Positions 1 to 11,725 of a stretch of DNA of 64,000 nucleotides are shown one piece after another; positions within the stretch are counted from its first letter, which is position 1, and every line of letters begins with the position of its first letter. This DNA is from Eledone cirrhosa. Its lineage: Eukaryota. The stretch spans positions 377,084,001 through 377,148,000 of the forward strand of contig OZ024743.1 of assembly GCA_964016885.1 (NCBI GenBank), written 5' to 3'. A program made the translations under genes and the position numbers. A model generated the notes under the pieces. That model had not been told where the DNA came from, searched no databases, and was given only the letters and a program-made list of their open reading frames with translations.

Positions 1-10
1 TGTAAGACAG

Positions 11-27
11 ACAGAGAGAGGGAGAGA

Positions 28-89
<62 letters not shown>

Positions 90-95
90 AAGAAA
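11..95. repeat. (GA)n microsatellite
   Basis: Direct reading of the sequence. Confidence 0.95.
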
Positions 96-221
96 GATGG
101 TGTAGTGTGTATGAGAAAGAGGGGTGTTGCAATGTGTGTGTGAGAGAGAGTCAGCTCGAGAGAGGGAGAGTGTGTTTGTGGAAGAGAGGTTGAGAGATTG
201 TGAGATACAGTGTGCGTATGT

Positions 222-330
222 GAAGAAGAAGAAGAAGAAGAAGAAGAAGAAGAAGAAGAAGAAGAAGAAGAAGAAGGTGGTGGTGGTGGTGGTGGTGGTG
301 GTGGTGGTGGTGGTGGTGGAGAAGAAGAAG
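222..330. repeat. Compound (AAG)n(GGT)n microsatellite
   Basis: Direct reading; explains the poly-K/V, poly-E/G and poly-H/L ORFs. Confidence 0.95.
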
Positions 331-692
331 AGGAGGGAGTACGTCTACTAACATATGAAATAATATTTGTCAGAGATGGCTGCCATCATAAATTTCGGTT
401 ATGATTTAATGAATGAAAGTAGTTTTATCTATTGTATACTTAATAAATGTTCCACTGGAATGATATACGTGTTCGTTTGAAACGAATAACTGAATAAAAG
501 AATAATTTGAATTAAAACTGATGATAAATACAGTAGAAGATTATTTCATTGACTGAAGGTGAAGTTAAGATTAAACGCAGTCTTCGGACTACCAGTAGTA
601 TTAAGTCATTCAGGAAGATTAGAATTACACAAAACTTTCTTCCTTTGTGTTTCGTTTGCTGTAATCTTTCAACACATTGATCCACAGTATTG

Positions 693-709
693 ATATATAT
701 ATATGTATG

Positions 710-786
<77 letters not shown>

Positions 787-839
787 ATATATATATATGT
801 ATGTATGTATGTATATATATATATATGTATGTATGTATG

Positions 840-872
<33 letters not shown>

Positions 873-890
873 TATATATTATATATATAT
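693..890. repeat. (TA)n/(TATG)n microsatellite
   Basis: Direct reading. Confidence 0.95.
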
Positions 891-1738
891 ACAAATATGA
901 ATATAAATATAATTTCAGCGAGATTGTATTTCGGCTGTGGTGTCAAAAACAAAGCGAAACGCAATTTTCGAGATATGCGGCAAGCGCTCAATGGATTAAA
1001 AGAAGACCAATATATATATATGTATGCATATATGTATATATATATATATACACTGACACATTCATACATAAATACATTCATATATACATACATCCTCAGA
1101 TCTGGTCAGGTTCTGTTTTCTCTTTATTCATATACTCCTGGTTTTATCACATATCCTTCTCTTATCATCCCTATTGACAAATCCTCTAAACTAGTTCTTA
1201 ACTGTTATGCCTAGTCCTGTCTTCTCCCAGAAAATTGTCTCTCTGGAATTTCCTCCATATACATATATTTTCTACAGTCATTGATCGACTCACAGCTCTA
1301 CCGATTTCGCCAGTCTTGGATTTACTACGGGAGGCCGTGGAAACAACCCATGCCTCGCGACCAGTCCCAGATTTACCATTGTGCTTAGATATGCTTAAGA
1401 ACAGGACCCCGTTGGTCAGGAACGGGGGCATCTTCTTGTCAAAAAAATGTTTAACCTCCTTCAAGTAAAGGACCTCATAACATAACTTAACAGGGCCTCA
1501 TTTGTCCTAAATCCGACACTGCTCCAGACGAAATTAATGTAATGGTTTCTGATTTAGGCACAAGGCCAATAAGACCAAACTAATATAATATAAATAAAAT
1601 ACCAATTAGACACTAGATCGATATAATCGACAAACCTACATGGCCTTGTACCAGTGTTAAAAAGAAATCAGTAAAAAAGCATTAACAACTATTCAATTAC
1701 CCTGTTATTCATATTTCTACGTTTCTTTTATATATATG

Positions 1739-1770
<32 letters not shown>

Positions 1771-2094
1771 AAGCTTCTACGTAGATTAAGTTCCTATGCA
1801 ATACAATGGTTCAATGATGGAGTTTAAACTGATTAAATAACAAAATAACGATGTCAAACTGCAACAGATAGCATCATAATGTATAAATCTTTTAAACGTA
1901 ATATTCATTCAGTTGCAATAATGATGTTTGTATTGACTTCCAACCATTGCTATAATAACAACACATTGCTGAAATATATGTGATTGCAATGCAAATGTCA
2001 AACAGTTTTTTATCGACTGCTTCATTTATTATTAATATTTTTTCTGTTTGGTTGTTATAAAAGGTTATAATGTGAACAGTTGTAGACATGTATG

Positions 2095-2438
2095 CTCGCA
2101 TACATAAACACACACACATATATACGCACGTATACACACATATATATGCACGTATACACACATATATACGCACGCGCGCGCACTCACATATAAACACACA
2201 CACACATACACACAACCACATTACATACACACACGCACAAAAGTACACGTTCGCGTATAAACACACGCTCACACACACTCACACATACACGCGTGCAAGC
2301 ACACACACATATATAAATATACACACACTCGTAAACACACACACACACACAAACACATTACATACACACGTTTACATATAAACAAACGCTTGCACACACA
2401 CAAAGACACACACACACACATACACACACACGAGCGCG

Positions 2439-2513
<75 letters not shown>
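2095..2513. repeat. Degenerate-to-perfect (CA)n tract
   Basis: Direct reading. Confidence 0.9.
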
Positions 2514-2517
<4 letters not shown>

Positions 2518-2829
2518 CTAGCTGTATTATTTGCCCCATCCTTTGTTCCATCATCTCACTAAACAACTACTTACGTTCATAATGTTTTGTTATGGAAAAT
2601 ATTTCTAAACAAGACCTGCTGTGATATTTATTCTCAAATGATTCATTCTTCATGGATTCAGATTTGTTCTAGATTGTTCTGCAGTTTAGTTTCCAGTTGG
2701 AAGAATAAAACAAACAAATTAGACGTTCTGGTTGAGATCTGTAGTTCGTTTATATATATATATATATATGTATGTATGGATTCCTTGGGGCAACATAGTA
2801 ACAAGTAGCATGTCCTGAGCCTGGACACT

Positions 2830-2925
2830 TTTAAAACTTGGTACTATTTTAAGACCTCCAAAGAATGAGTTGTAAAGTTAACCTTGGCGGGTTTTGAACT
2901 CAGAGCACAGAGAGTCTGAACGAAT
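2830..2925 (-). mobile_element. Degenerate tRNA-derived SINE fragment
   Basis: ggtacta...aagttaaccttggcgggttttgaactcagag matches the SINE at 59376-59565. Confidence 0.7.
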
Positions 2926-3119
2926 AGATCTATAGTACGTTCATATAAAACTAATAATTCTCGTGGGTGTTACTCCTGCTGTTGGCTAACTCCACCCCGA
3001 TAGCAGTCAGTAGAGAAGTGGTGTGGGGACCAAGAACACCAGAAGTGTCCACTACTATAGGTTCAACGACAAACCTATCGGAAAGCGACTGATACTTCAA
3101 AAACTGAGTTGGGGAGCAA

Positions 3120-3752
3120 ATATTCGATTATATGTCTGCATGACTGAAGCCGTGCTAGGGAATAACTATTTGATCGTAAGTCTGCGCGACTGTAGTTGAG
3201 CCAATGAATAAACATTTGATCTTATGCCCGCACGACTGTAGTCGAACAGAGGAATAAACATTTGATCGTATGTCTGCACGACTGTAGTTAAGCCGAGGAA
3301 TAAACATTTTATCGTACATCTGCATTACTGTAGTTGAGCCAAGGAATAAATATTTGATCGTTTGCCTGCATGGCTGTAGTTGAGCCGAGGAATAAACATT
3401 TGATCGAATGTCTGCACAACTGTAGTTGAGCCGAGGAATAAACATTTGATCGAATGTCTGCACAACTGTAGTTGAGCCGAAGAATAAACATTTGATCGTA
3501 TGTCCACACAACTGTAGTTGAGCCGGGGAATAAACATTTGATCGTATGTCTGCACGACTGTAGCTGAACCGAGGAATAAATATTTCGTCGTATGTCTGCA
3601 CAACTGTAGTTCAGCCGAGGAATAAACGTCTGCACAACTGTAGTTGAGCCGAGAAATAAATATTTGATCATATGACTGCACAACTGTAGTTGAGCCGAGG
3701 AATAAACATTTGATCGTATGTCTGCATAACTGTAGTTCAGTCGAGGAATAAA
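3120..3752. repeat. 46-bp minisatellite, ~13-14 copies (tgtagttgagccgaggaataaacatttgatcgtatgtctgcacaac)
   Basis: Period 46 (e.g. 3421 to 3467); degenerate at the left end; one unit near 3625 has a 12-bp deletion. Confidence 0.95.
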
Positions 3753-3769
3753 CCAAACCAAGTACTTAC

Positions 3770-3809
3770 TGAAAAATACAGAAGCTAAGATTTGATAAAC
3801 TACTGTTCT
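3770..3809 (-). CDS. Candidate 40-bp host micro-exon (RTVVYQILASVFF in phase 0)
   Basis: Minus strand reads tttcctgcag | 40 bp | gtaagt, with canonical acceptor and donor. No homology support. Confidence 0.3.
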
Positions 3810-4265
3810 CTGCAGGAAACTTATGTGTCTTAATAATATAAAGTTGGGAGTTGCACAGCTGTCGTCTGATTAGTAAAAGGACGTATAAAATGTTTGTTAC
3901 ACTAGCAACTTAGCAATTTGATATGAAATCTAGAAACATCTTCATGAATCTTGTTATAAAAGTCTACGTAAGATCAAAAATTAACATTAATTACATGCTT
4001 AATTACATAGTAATTAATTTCAGTGAAATGTTTTCCAGCTTTACGAAAAATAATGAGCATATAACACTGTGTGACGTCAGATGGAAAATTGCAGCAATTT
4101 ACATGTGAAGTGCTTAGAGTTCATTTGTGCATGTATATGTGTCGGTGTGTATGTTTTTATGTGTGTGTCTGAGTGCGTGGGGTGGGGAGACAATGTGTGC
4201 TGGGGGTATATGTTAACAGAGAAGGTGAGTGTGCGTGTGACTATATATGTAATTTAGTACGTAGA

Positions 4266-4311
<46 letters not shown>

Positions 4312-4430
4312 CGCGCGCGTTTTGATGGATAAAAACGTGTATATGTGTTTATTAATAGATGCGTGTGTATGTGTGTGCGCGTAAGTGTATATGAGTGTGT
4401 GTGTGGGGGGGGGGGTGAATGAGAGTAAGT

Positions 4431-4745
4431 GAAGGTGCCTAGCTTAGTGGTTAGAGTATTTGGCTCACTATCATAAGGTCGTGGCTTCAGTTCCGGACGG
4501 CGCGCTCTGTCCTTCAGCAAAACACTTTATTTTACGTTGCACCAGTCCACTCGGCTTGCATAAATGAGTTGTACCTTCAATAAAAAGGGCCAGCCTTGCC
4601 ACATTGGACCACACTGAATCTCCCTAAGAACTACATTAAGAGTACACATTTATGTGGAATGCTCAGCCACTTGTATGTTAATTTCATGAGCAGACTGTCC
4701 CGTTGATTGTACCAACTAGAACAGTTGTCGTCGAAATCGACTGAA
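4431..4745 (+). mobile_element. tRNA-derived SINE
   Basis: A-box-like tagcttagtgg and degenerate B-box, followed by the typical body gtccttcagcaaaacactttattttacgttgcaccagtccactcggct. Confidence 0.75.
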
Positions 4746-5059
4746 GTCCTTTTTTATGGCTGTGTGTATATGTGACTGAATGTGTGGGTGTGGGTGTGTG
4801 TGAGAGTGCATATGTGCATGCGTTTGTGGGTGTGTATGAGAGTATGTCTGAAAGCGTGTGACTGTATAATAGGGAGTGTGTATGAGTATGTGTATGTGTG
4901 TGTGTTTGCGTGTATATATACATGGTCCTGTACGGCGTTTCTATGGCATTTAAAAACCCCTAAAGGGCCCATCCGCTCTCCAGGTTTGAATACAGCAGAT
5001 TTCTTCCAGAGAACGTTTGAGAGTGACAGACAGAAAGGAAGTGAGAAAGCGATATAGAT

Positions 5060-5432
5060 AAGAATCGATCGACTCCAGTATTAGACTGGTACTTTTTTAT
5101 CGACCTCAAAAGAATGTAAGGCAAAGTTGACCTGCGCGGGATTTGAAATCAGAGTGCTGAGAGACTGAAGGAACACCGCAAGGTATGCTAGCCAACGTTC
5201 TACTGAATTTGCTAATTCATTGCTTCATAAATAAAATCATAGGATAGGATACTCATAGAACTTCAAGGAACTTCCAATGAATTTGAAAGACTAAATACAA
5301 AGTTAATCTCTGTGTGATTCGAACTCAGAACCTAAGTTGACCTCGGCGGGATAAGAACTCAGAAAGCAGAGCTCCGAAACGAATACTGCTAAGTATTTTA
5401 TCCGACGTTCTTATGACTCTGCCAATTCGCGA
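5060..5432 (-). mobile_element. Cluster of 2-3 SINE copies/fragments
   Basis: Repeated aaagttgacctcggcgggat(tt)gaactcaga motif, same family as 59376-59757. Confidence 0.75.
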
Positions 5433-5510
5433 CCTTGTATGTTATTTATAACAGTTATACATATTATGGGTGTTTTATTGTGTTTATGTGTATATGTTTG
5501 TATGTGTGTT

Positions 5511-6286
5511 TCAACAAAGATGCCGTGCTGGCAGCGGCCATCTTTATGTGTGTGCATATGTGCTGTATGTGTGTGTATGAATGTGTGCATGTATGCATAT
5601 GTGTTGTATGTGTGTATGTGTGTAGATATGTGTGTAAACAAACATGTGCTAACAACGGTCATCATTATGTGTATGCATATGTGTGTATATGTATGTGTTT
5701 GTATGTGTGCATATGTGTGAATATGTATGTATGTGTGAATATGTATGTATGTGTATGTAAACAAAGATGACGTGCTAACATCGGCAATCTTTGTACGTGT
5801 GCATGTGTTTGTATATATGAGTATTTGTGTATGCGTGTGTGTATGTGTGCAATCGTGTGTATTTGTGTGTATATGTGTGTATGTGTATATACTCGTGTAT
5901 ATGTGTATGTATGTGTGTATGTGTGTATACTTGTGTATATATGTGTATATATATATATACATATATCAGCGTGAAAGGTCTTTCTAAAAACGAAACAATA
6001 CCTCCTACGTTAACCAAGAACTCCTAAGACCTAACCAACAACCAACAACTTAATTTATAAAATAATTTTTTTTAAGAAAAATTCTTTTTGGATTTTGTGA
6101 AGAAAATAAATTTGTTGAAAGCACAAGTGAAGCCATTTTTTCTTCTCCCCTGTCTTAATATATATATATATATATGCATGTGTATATGTGTGTAAGCAAA
6201 GATGTCGTGCTAACAGCGTCCATCTTTATACGTGTGCATATATTTGAATATGTGAGTGTGTGTGTATGTGCGTGTGTATGTGTGTG

Positions 6287-6322
<36 letters not shown>

Positions 6323-6345
6323 AACGAAGATGTCATGCCGTCGGT
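5511..6345. repeat. Degenerate ~124-bp-period repeat with palindromic ~30-bp core, 5 copies
   Basis: Core aaagatg-n-cgtgctaacagcggc-catcttt at ~5516, 5640, 5763, 6198 and 6326, separated by TG/TA-rich spacers. Confidence 0.75.
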
Positions 6346-6671
6346 GGCTCAGGTTGTAATGACCAGTAATAGGTGTTGCCCCACGGAGCAGCAAATAAAC
6401 AGTAGGACTGGGTATTGTTGTAAATACAATAACAATGGTGGACATGTGTGGGACATGGAGAGAAAGATATAGCAGAGAGAGAGGAAGGAGAAGGAGAAGG
6501 AGAAGAGAGGGTGGGAGAAGGAGAGGGGGGTGACAGAAGGACAGAGGGCTGGGAGAAGGAGGAAGGGTGGGAGAATGAAAGAGATAGAGAGGGTTATGGG
6601 AATTGTTGCAAGTACAATAGTATGAGATGTGTAGAAAGACAGCAGAGACTAGGGAGAGGGTGTAGATATAC

Positions 6672-6729
<58 letters not shown>

Positions 6730-6874
6730 CAGAGAGAGGGAGAGAAGGAAAAAGCATGGACGGACACAAATGGTACACATATCGACCTTCTAGACGACAC
6801 AAATCTATTGATGCGTATATATTTACATGTACACACACATATATATATATATATAGAGAGAGAGAGATGTATAT

Positions 6875-6940
<66 letters not shown>

Positions 6941-7177
6941 TGTATATATATATATATATATATATATACAAACATGCATGCATACATAGATGTAGTGGAA
7001 TCAATTCTTCAAATGAAACCATATCAATAGTTTTTACTGTTGTATACTCATTGATACACACATACACCCACACAAAACACACACACACACACATATATCT
7101 GTGTGTGTGTGCGCGCGCGCGTGTGTGTGCGCGTGTGTGTATGTGTGTACCAGTGTGTATACAAAAGTAAAAACCAT

Positions 7178-7224
<47 letters not shown>

Positions 7225-7500
7225 GTTTAAGCAATATTTGTTATGTTAAATCGATAAAGCGATCTATTTGATTAATATCGGTACGGCTGTATAGAACAAT
7301 AAGCTTTCTTTTGTTCGCCACGGACTCTGGTGTAAAACTTGAGTATTTTTCCCAACTTACTGAATTCAAATGTCGTCTGCTCCGACCGTTTGCCTCACCA
7401 CACAATCTCAACAATCATTTCTTCATCGTCTTTCTTTTCTACAATTATCGCTGCTAACTTATTTTTCTTATTCTTATTCTTATTCTTCTTATTATTATAA

Positions 7501-7590
7501 TTGTCTTTCATCCTTACGGGGTCGATAAAATAAAGTACCAGTAATGCACTGGGTAATTGCTGGCCTTGTGCCTAAAGTAGAAACAATTAT
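7501..7590 (+). mobile_element. SINE 3' fragment with (ATT)n tail
   Basis: Near-identical to 59671-59757. Confidence 0.85.
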
Positions 7591-7730
7591 TATTATTATT
7601 TCTATAACCTCCATCTCACTCTCTGTCCTTGTCCTTTCTCGTGTTAAATCGACTCTCATCGTTAATTTGTCGTCTTTTTGTTTTAAAAAACACTGTCTTT
7701 CTCTTCTTTTCTCTATCTTTCGGCGTCTCT

Positions 7731-10700
7731 CCTTTTCTGGGAACGTCGCGTTCCCTGCTTCTAGCGGGGGATTGGAATGACATCCTGGATGCACGTTGGG
7801 ACTATGCAGGAGCATGTCCTAATAGAGGGGGGTGTAACAGCCTCAAGGGGTTACTCGACCGTTTTAACTTGGTCGATAGATATCGACTAGATTTTCCAAC
7901 TGTGCCTACCTGGACTTGGAGAAACCACAGTGGTCAATCTAGATCGTACTTAGATAGATTCTTAGTTAGAAGTAAGGATAGGGACATATTAAGCTGTCCA
8001 GAAATGCGCACGGTTGGCTACACGGATCACAAATTAGTGACCTGCGTGGTCAATCTCGAGAAAACACATAGACAGGGTCCCGGTTACTGGAAACTTAATT
8101 TGTCTTTACCGGCAAAAGAGACTTACAGAAACCGGATTAGCAGATTAGTTAAGGAGAGGTTGACGGGTGCAATCGTCAACAACCGATGGTGGGCATCTCT
8201 CAAAAGAGAGATTAGAACAGAATCAATAAGTTATAGCAAGATGTTAGCTGCCGATAGGAATAGGAACGAGAAAGAATTAACAGGTAAATTAGAAGAGGCA
8301 ATCAAGAGCGAAGATGTGGCCAGAGTGCTGGCATCGAGGACGGCCTTGAACCAGTTTTTCGATGCAAAGCATGAAGGCTGCGTCATTCGAAGTAAAATAC
8401 GTGCTCTAGGTAATGAGGGGGCCAAAGCCGTTGGATGGGCCCGCGTGACAGAAGCTAAGAGTGGAAATCGATCCACCATCCGGTCGTTGCAAGACGAAGA
8501 TGGACGAGTGATCCGGGAGCCTAAGCAGATGTGCGAGGCCTTTCAAAAGCACTTTGCCCGATTGTTCGGGGGAGGCGAGGGTCCGGGCCGGGGCGTGGAT
8601 TTCGGTCCATACCTCGACGGCCTGCCGCGTCTCTCGAGCAAAGAGGCAGAGTCCTGCGAGGGACCAATCTCGGCTGATGAGATCGGAGATGCGCTGAGCC
8701 AATGCAGCAGACGCAAATCTCCAGGTCTCGATGGTATACCTTACGAACTTTATTTAGCAATGCCGGTCTTCTTCTCCGAACTCCTCGAAGCGGTCTACTG
8801 CAATTGGCAGCAGAACGGGAGAATTCCTTGTTCTGTAGCCAAGGGCGTAGTCACGCTGGTGAGGAAGGACGAGAACAAGGGGGATAGTATAAATAATTTT
8901 CGGCCCATAACCCTGCTGAACACAGAGTTAAAGATTTTGGCCAAGGTGTTAGCAAAGAGGTTGGCGCTTGTCGTGGGTGGCCTGGTGGGAGATGCGCAGA
9001 CATGTGCTATCCCATCCAGGTCCATTCACGATAACCTCCACCTCATGCGATACATCATAGAGAGGGTTGGCAACAAACCCGGCTTCGGTGGGGCCCTGAT
9101 CAACTTGGATCAGTCTAAGGCCTTCGATAGGGTCGACCATGGTTACCTGGATGCGGTGCTAGCGGCGGCTGGGTTCGGTCCTGTTTTCAGAGGCTGGATC
9201 ACTGCCCTACATGGCAACCACATCTGTTCTAGGATCAAGGTGAACGGCTACCTTTCGAAGCCGTTCGAAATCACACGATCCATTCGACAGGGGTGCCCTC
9301 TCTCCTCCCTTCTGTACGTATTGACTCTCGAGCCTTTACTGAGGAAGTTGGAGTTGTTGCAGGGTATCCCCCTGGAACCAGGATTGAGCAAAGCGGTGTC
9401 GGCCTACGCCGATGACGTAACAGTAATGGTATCAACCGACTCGGAGATCGAGGCGATCGGTACCTTACTGGAGGATTACGAAAGGTTGTCAGGAGCGAAA
9501 CTGAACCGCGAAAAATCCATCGAGCTGCAACTCGGAACGTGGAGAGGCAAACCGATGCCTCCTGACGGTGTCGTCGGACACTGGACGGAGGGCCCGGTAA
9601 AGTTGCTTGGGGTCTGGTTTGGACCGGACCTCCAGGTGGAAAAGAACTGGAACGAGGTTACGAACAAGGTGTTTGCACTAACCCAGAAATGGGCCAAGTG
9701 TAAGCTGTCCCTAAAAGGCCGGGCGGAGGTGGCGAACATTTACATAGCGTCCGTCACTTACTACCGCCTGACTGTCGTGCCTTGCCCTAAGGAAACACTC
9801 ACCACCATGGAACGCATGCTCTTCCAATTTCTTTGGAAGAAGCGTCCTCCTATGGTGAGAAGATCCATCTGCTGCCAACAACCTTCGAAAGGAGGGCTGG
9901 GGATGCCGTGGTTGATGATGCGTAGGCACGCATTAAGGCTACGGCACCTACAGGTATTCCTCACTGGTCAACCGGTGTGGGCTCCGTTCGTGAAACGAGC
10001 CTTTCCGAGACTCGTCTCACTCACCGAGCTACAGTCCTGGGTCAAGCAAAGATCCGGAAAACTGGGAGACTGGCACACTGAGTGTGCTCAGGCGCTCAGG
10101 GCTCTCTGGCAAGCGGGCCAGGCCATTGGTGGAGAATCCACCTCATTCTATAGAGGGCTGGTGGCTAGCAGGGCGATGACACCCTTGGAGAGTCGCTGGA
10201 CATGGAGGAAGACGAACTGGCCAGCCTGTTCGGTAGGACTTTCGGCCCAGGACCAATGGACAACTTCCAGAAGTCACTGGCCTGGCAGTGCTACCGAGGG
10301 GCTCTACCCGTTCGAGAGAGGCTCTACAGACACGGGCGCCCGGGCAGGGATCCCTCAAAAAAGATTTGCCCTAGATGCGTGCGTCACGAAGAAACCGTAG
10401 CGCACGCATTGGTGCAATGTCCGGGCGTGGCTGATCTGTGGGGCTACGCCGAACAACTGCTGTCGCGGGTGGCGCCGATTAAATTGACCGCCGAGTCCGT
10501 GATGACAATCAAACCGCCTCCCCTCTTCACAAAGGAAGCAAAGGCGGTTTTTCTGTGCGTAATAGCCATGTTGAAAGAGGTTGTTTGGTGGACACGATTG
10601 AAAGGTCTGAGGTCAGGCAACTTCCTCTCTGGCCATAGTCTGGTCTACTTCTTCCGATATCACTTCGGAAGAAGGATAAGAATGGAGAGAGAGGTGCTTG

Positions 10701-10783
10701 GCCACAGGCAGTTTTATGAAAGGTGGGTGATAGTGGCGAGAATGGCTCGTGTAAATGGGCCTTCTCTGTATACGATCCTGTAG
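7731..10783 (+). pseudogene. ORF2 (endonuclease-reverse transcriptase-Zn knuckle), 5'-truncated, one frameshift near 10172
   Basis: ORFs 7629-10400 and 10202-10783 join. The paralog at 56 kb reads SKCDDALGE, showing a 1-bp deletion at agcagg(t)gcgatgac. Stop TAG ends at 10783. Confidence 0.9.
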
Positions 10784-10998
10784 GTAAAGAAGTAAAGGAG
10801 AGGGGAGCACCTTCTCCATGTGCTCCCCGGGCAAAGGATTGCACACTTTTTCGGGGGTGTGTGCAACCCCCATCACGTCCCCTCCCTTTTGAGGTTATTT
10901 TCGATTATTTTCATGTTACACCCTTTTTACTCGATTATATGTAAACTCCCCCTTTGTATTTGTCCCTTCTTTTTATGCCTTTATGGTAAATAAAGAAA
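7731..10998 (+). mobile_element. 5'-truncated non-LTR retrotransposon, Tx1/L1 clade
   Basis: APE-endonuclease motifs (GDWN, SYLDRF, TDH), RT motifs (PGLDG, FRPITLLN, DQSKAFDRV, RQGCPLS, YADD) and C-terminal CxxC...HxxxxC. 19-bp TSD tctatctttcggcgtctct at 7712-7730 and 10999-11017. The 3' end is aataaagaaa. Confidence 0.95.
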
Positions 10999-11017
10999 TC
11001 TATCTTTCGGCGTCTCT

Positions 11018-11060
11018 TTCGCTCTCTCTCTCTCTTCTCTCTTCTCTCTTCTCCTCAGTT

Positions 11061-11110
<50 letters not shown>

Positions 11111-11321
11111 CTCGTATCCCTCACGCTCTCTCTCTTCTCTTACGCCCACTCTTTCTATCTCTATCTCTCTTTCTCTGTTCCCTTCTCTCTCTCTATTTCC
11201 TCTCTTTCTCCTATGGTCATTCCGTTTATAATTTTTCTTTTTTTTTCTATTATTTTACAAAGAGAATGAATTCATATTTCTTTTTCTCAATCTCTCTTTT
11301 CCTTCCCCCTCTCTCTCTTTC

Positions 11322-11412
<91 letters not shown>

Positions 11413-11625
11413 TTCTTTATCTCTATCTATTTATCTACCTTTCTCCCTCTATTTTTAATTTTCTCATTAACACACCCTTCTGGTTATTACTCCATCCCTT
11501 TCTCTCTACCTCCCTCTCTTTACCTCCATCTCTCCTCCTCCCACTCCCCTTCCCTCTCTCTTCATCCCCCTCTCACCTCACCTCCCTCTCTCTCTCCTTC
11601 CCTCTCCCTTCCTCCCCCTCTCTCC
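11018..11625. repeat. Pyrimidine-rich tract: (CT)n, (TATC)n, (TGTC)n
   Basis: Direct reading. Confidence 0.9.
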
Positions 11626-11725
11626 ATGCTATTGCTGTTGTTATATTGTCATATCAAGAAACAATGACAGACAGACAGACAGACAGACAGACAGCAGTGT
11701 CACAAACGGTCCTAACAACTGACGT

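Noticed and set aside
3046-3056. 11-bp match (tgtccactact) to the reverse complement of the 49-bp monomer, and a shared tgtagt between the 46-bp and 49-bp units
   Set aside because: An 11-mer match to any phase of the monomer is expected about once by chance in ~30 kb; the two monomers do not align further.
3155-3761. 143-150 aa repetitive minus-strand ORFs
   Set aside because: Products of the 46-bp minisatellite; the period is not a multiple of 3.
512-7234. Numerous YI/CV/HT-rich ORFs, also at 53.1-53.6 kb and 62.4-63.8 kb
   Set aside because: Dinucleotide microsatellite translations.
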